The position numbers and the translations under genes are program-made. The notes beneath the pieces are model-generated. The model had not been told where the DNA came from. It made no database searches and worked only from the letters and a program-made list of their open reading frames with translations. From Nitrososphaeraceae archaeon (GTDB lineage Archaea > Thermoproteota > Nitrososphaeria > Nitrososphaerales > Nitrososphaeraceae), in NCBI GenBank assembly GCA_044870765.1, contig JBIOZG010000017.1, positions 1 through 64,000 on the forward strand: 64,000 bases of DNA. The letters run 5' to 3'. Below, piece by piece: positions 63,106-64,000 of the stretch; positions within the stretch are counted from its first letter, which is position 1, and every line of letters starts with the position of its first letter.

Positions 63106-63627
63106 TATTTCTTCTTTGGAGCTAATATCCAATAGAATCTGTTCTATCTTGTATCTTAAAGCATCTTTAACCTTTTCGTTGTTTACCATATTTAGGGGAT
63201 TTTTGCAGTTTGGACATTTGAAGAATAATTCCATTGCGTAATCGAATTTTATTCTTGGACAATTTGTACTCCCACAATGGTAAAATTCCGAGGATTCTTC
63301 ATATTCCAATCGTTTCTGAAGCCTATCCAGAATCTTTTTTTTCTGATTTTCTATAAAGTTTTCCGCTTGATCTCTTTTTGCTCTCCACCGATATACAAAC
63401 CATCCTTTTTTTTCGTCCTTGACTCGAATACCAGTAATTAGTGCTTTACCAAACATGTCATACAACACCTTTCTGATTATATTAATTCGCATTCCCGTAG
63501 CTCCGGCTATTTCTTCATCAGTAGCATCTTCTGTATTCAGTAGGGCCCTTGCAACTTTATGATATTCTTCCCCGCCTATCAGACTGGCTATCTTGACAAA
63601 TGGATCTTCATTTTCGGTTGAGTGCAT
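63097..63627 (-). CDS. tfe: Transcription factor E (TFE alpha)
   Basis: TDEEIA...RKVLY...GWFVYRW; Zn ribbon FKCPNC. Confidence 0.93.
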   Translation of the reverse strand: MHSTENEDPFVKIASLIGGEEYHKVARALLNTEDATDEEIAGATGMRINIIRKVLYDMFGKALITGIRVKDEKKGWFVYRWRAKRDQAENFIENQKKKILDRLQKRLEYEESSEFYHCGSTNCPRIKFDYAMELFFKCPNCKNPLNMVNNEKVKDALRYKIEQILLDISSKEEISS

Positions 63628-63906
63628 TCACATTATAATACGTCTTTTTTAGTTATATATTTACCGTCAATTCGCGGAAGACCATAATTTTGATAAACAT
63701 TTGAAATGGTTTCAAGTTCTAAATTGCCTAATCATAGCAAATGAAAACTATCCTATAGTAGGATATGTTATTGCAAATGGTATAAAAATGGTATTTCATG
63801 TGATAAATAAATGCTCAAATGCCTAGAATAATCGCAATTTATTCGAACATTTAATTCAATTTTATACTAGTCATATATTATTACTTATCATAATATAGAA
63901 TATTTA

Positions 63907-64000
63907 CTACATGGTGGGCTCTTTAATTACTTTGAGGCCACCATCTTCTGTAATCTCTATACCCATTATGGCTAGAATTCTTTTGGCGTCAGTCTCCCTT
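63907..64000 (-). CDS. C-terminal end of an unidentified CDS entering from the window edge
   Basis: RETDAKRILAIMGIEITEDGGLKVIKEPTM followed by TAG TAA. Confidence 0.5.
   Translation of the reverse strand, partial: RETDAKRILAIMGIEITEDGGLKVIKEPTM

Overview
AT-rich archaeal chromosomal segment, most consistent with an ammonia-oxidising archaeon (Nitrososphaerota/Thaumarchaeota, probably a soil Nitrososphaerales type). The assignment rests on TFE, aIF6, Csl4, rps19e, Rpp21, archaeosine TGT, an SmAP3-type Lsm, a CdvB/ESCRT-III paralogue, cobalamin genes and a thiolase/DUF35 pair. Most of the window is core housekeeping: cbiT-L-F, lysC-ilvE, pyrB, nrdJ, topA, thrC, hisI, guaA, thermosome, ctaB and a six-gene riboflavin operon. 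Three accessory patches interrupt it: about 5-12.3 kb (orphans, an IS remnant, a frameshifted gene, LemA/TPM), about 32-34 kb (a cluster of related stem-loops and small secreted proteins) and about 53.8-58.5 kb. I saw no tRNA, rRNA or CRISPR array. The strongest candidate for an unexplained system is a winged-HTH + ATP-cone + catalytically dead class III RNR (NrdD-like) fusion directly upstream of the class II RNR, with palindromes before both genes. It looks like an NrdR-independent dNTP-sensing regulator. Other leads are the hairpin array at 32.0-32.5 kb, an amidohydrolase in the rib operon that could fill a pathway hole, and a degenerate SpoT/MESH1-like hydrolase. All assignments are by eye from motifs; no searches were run.
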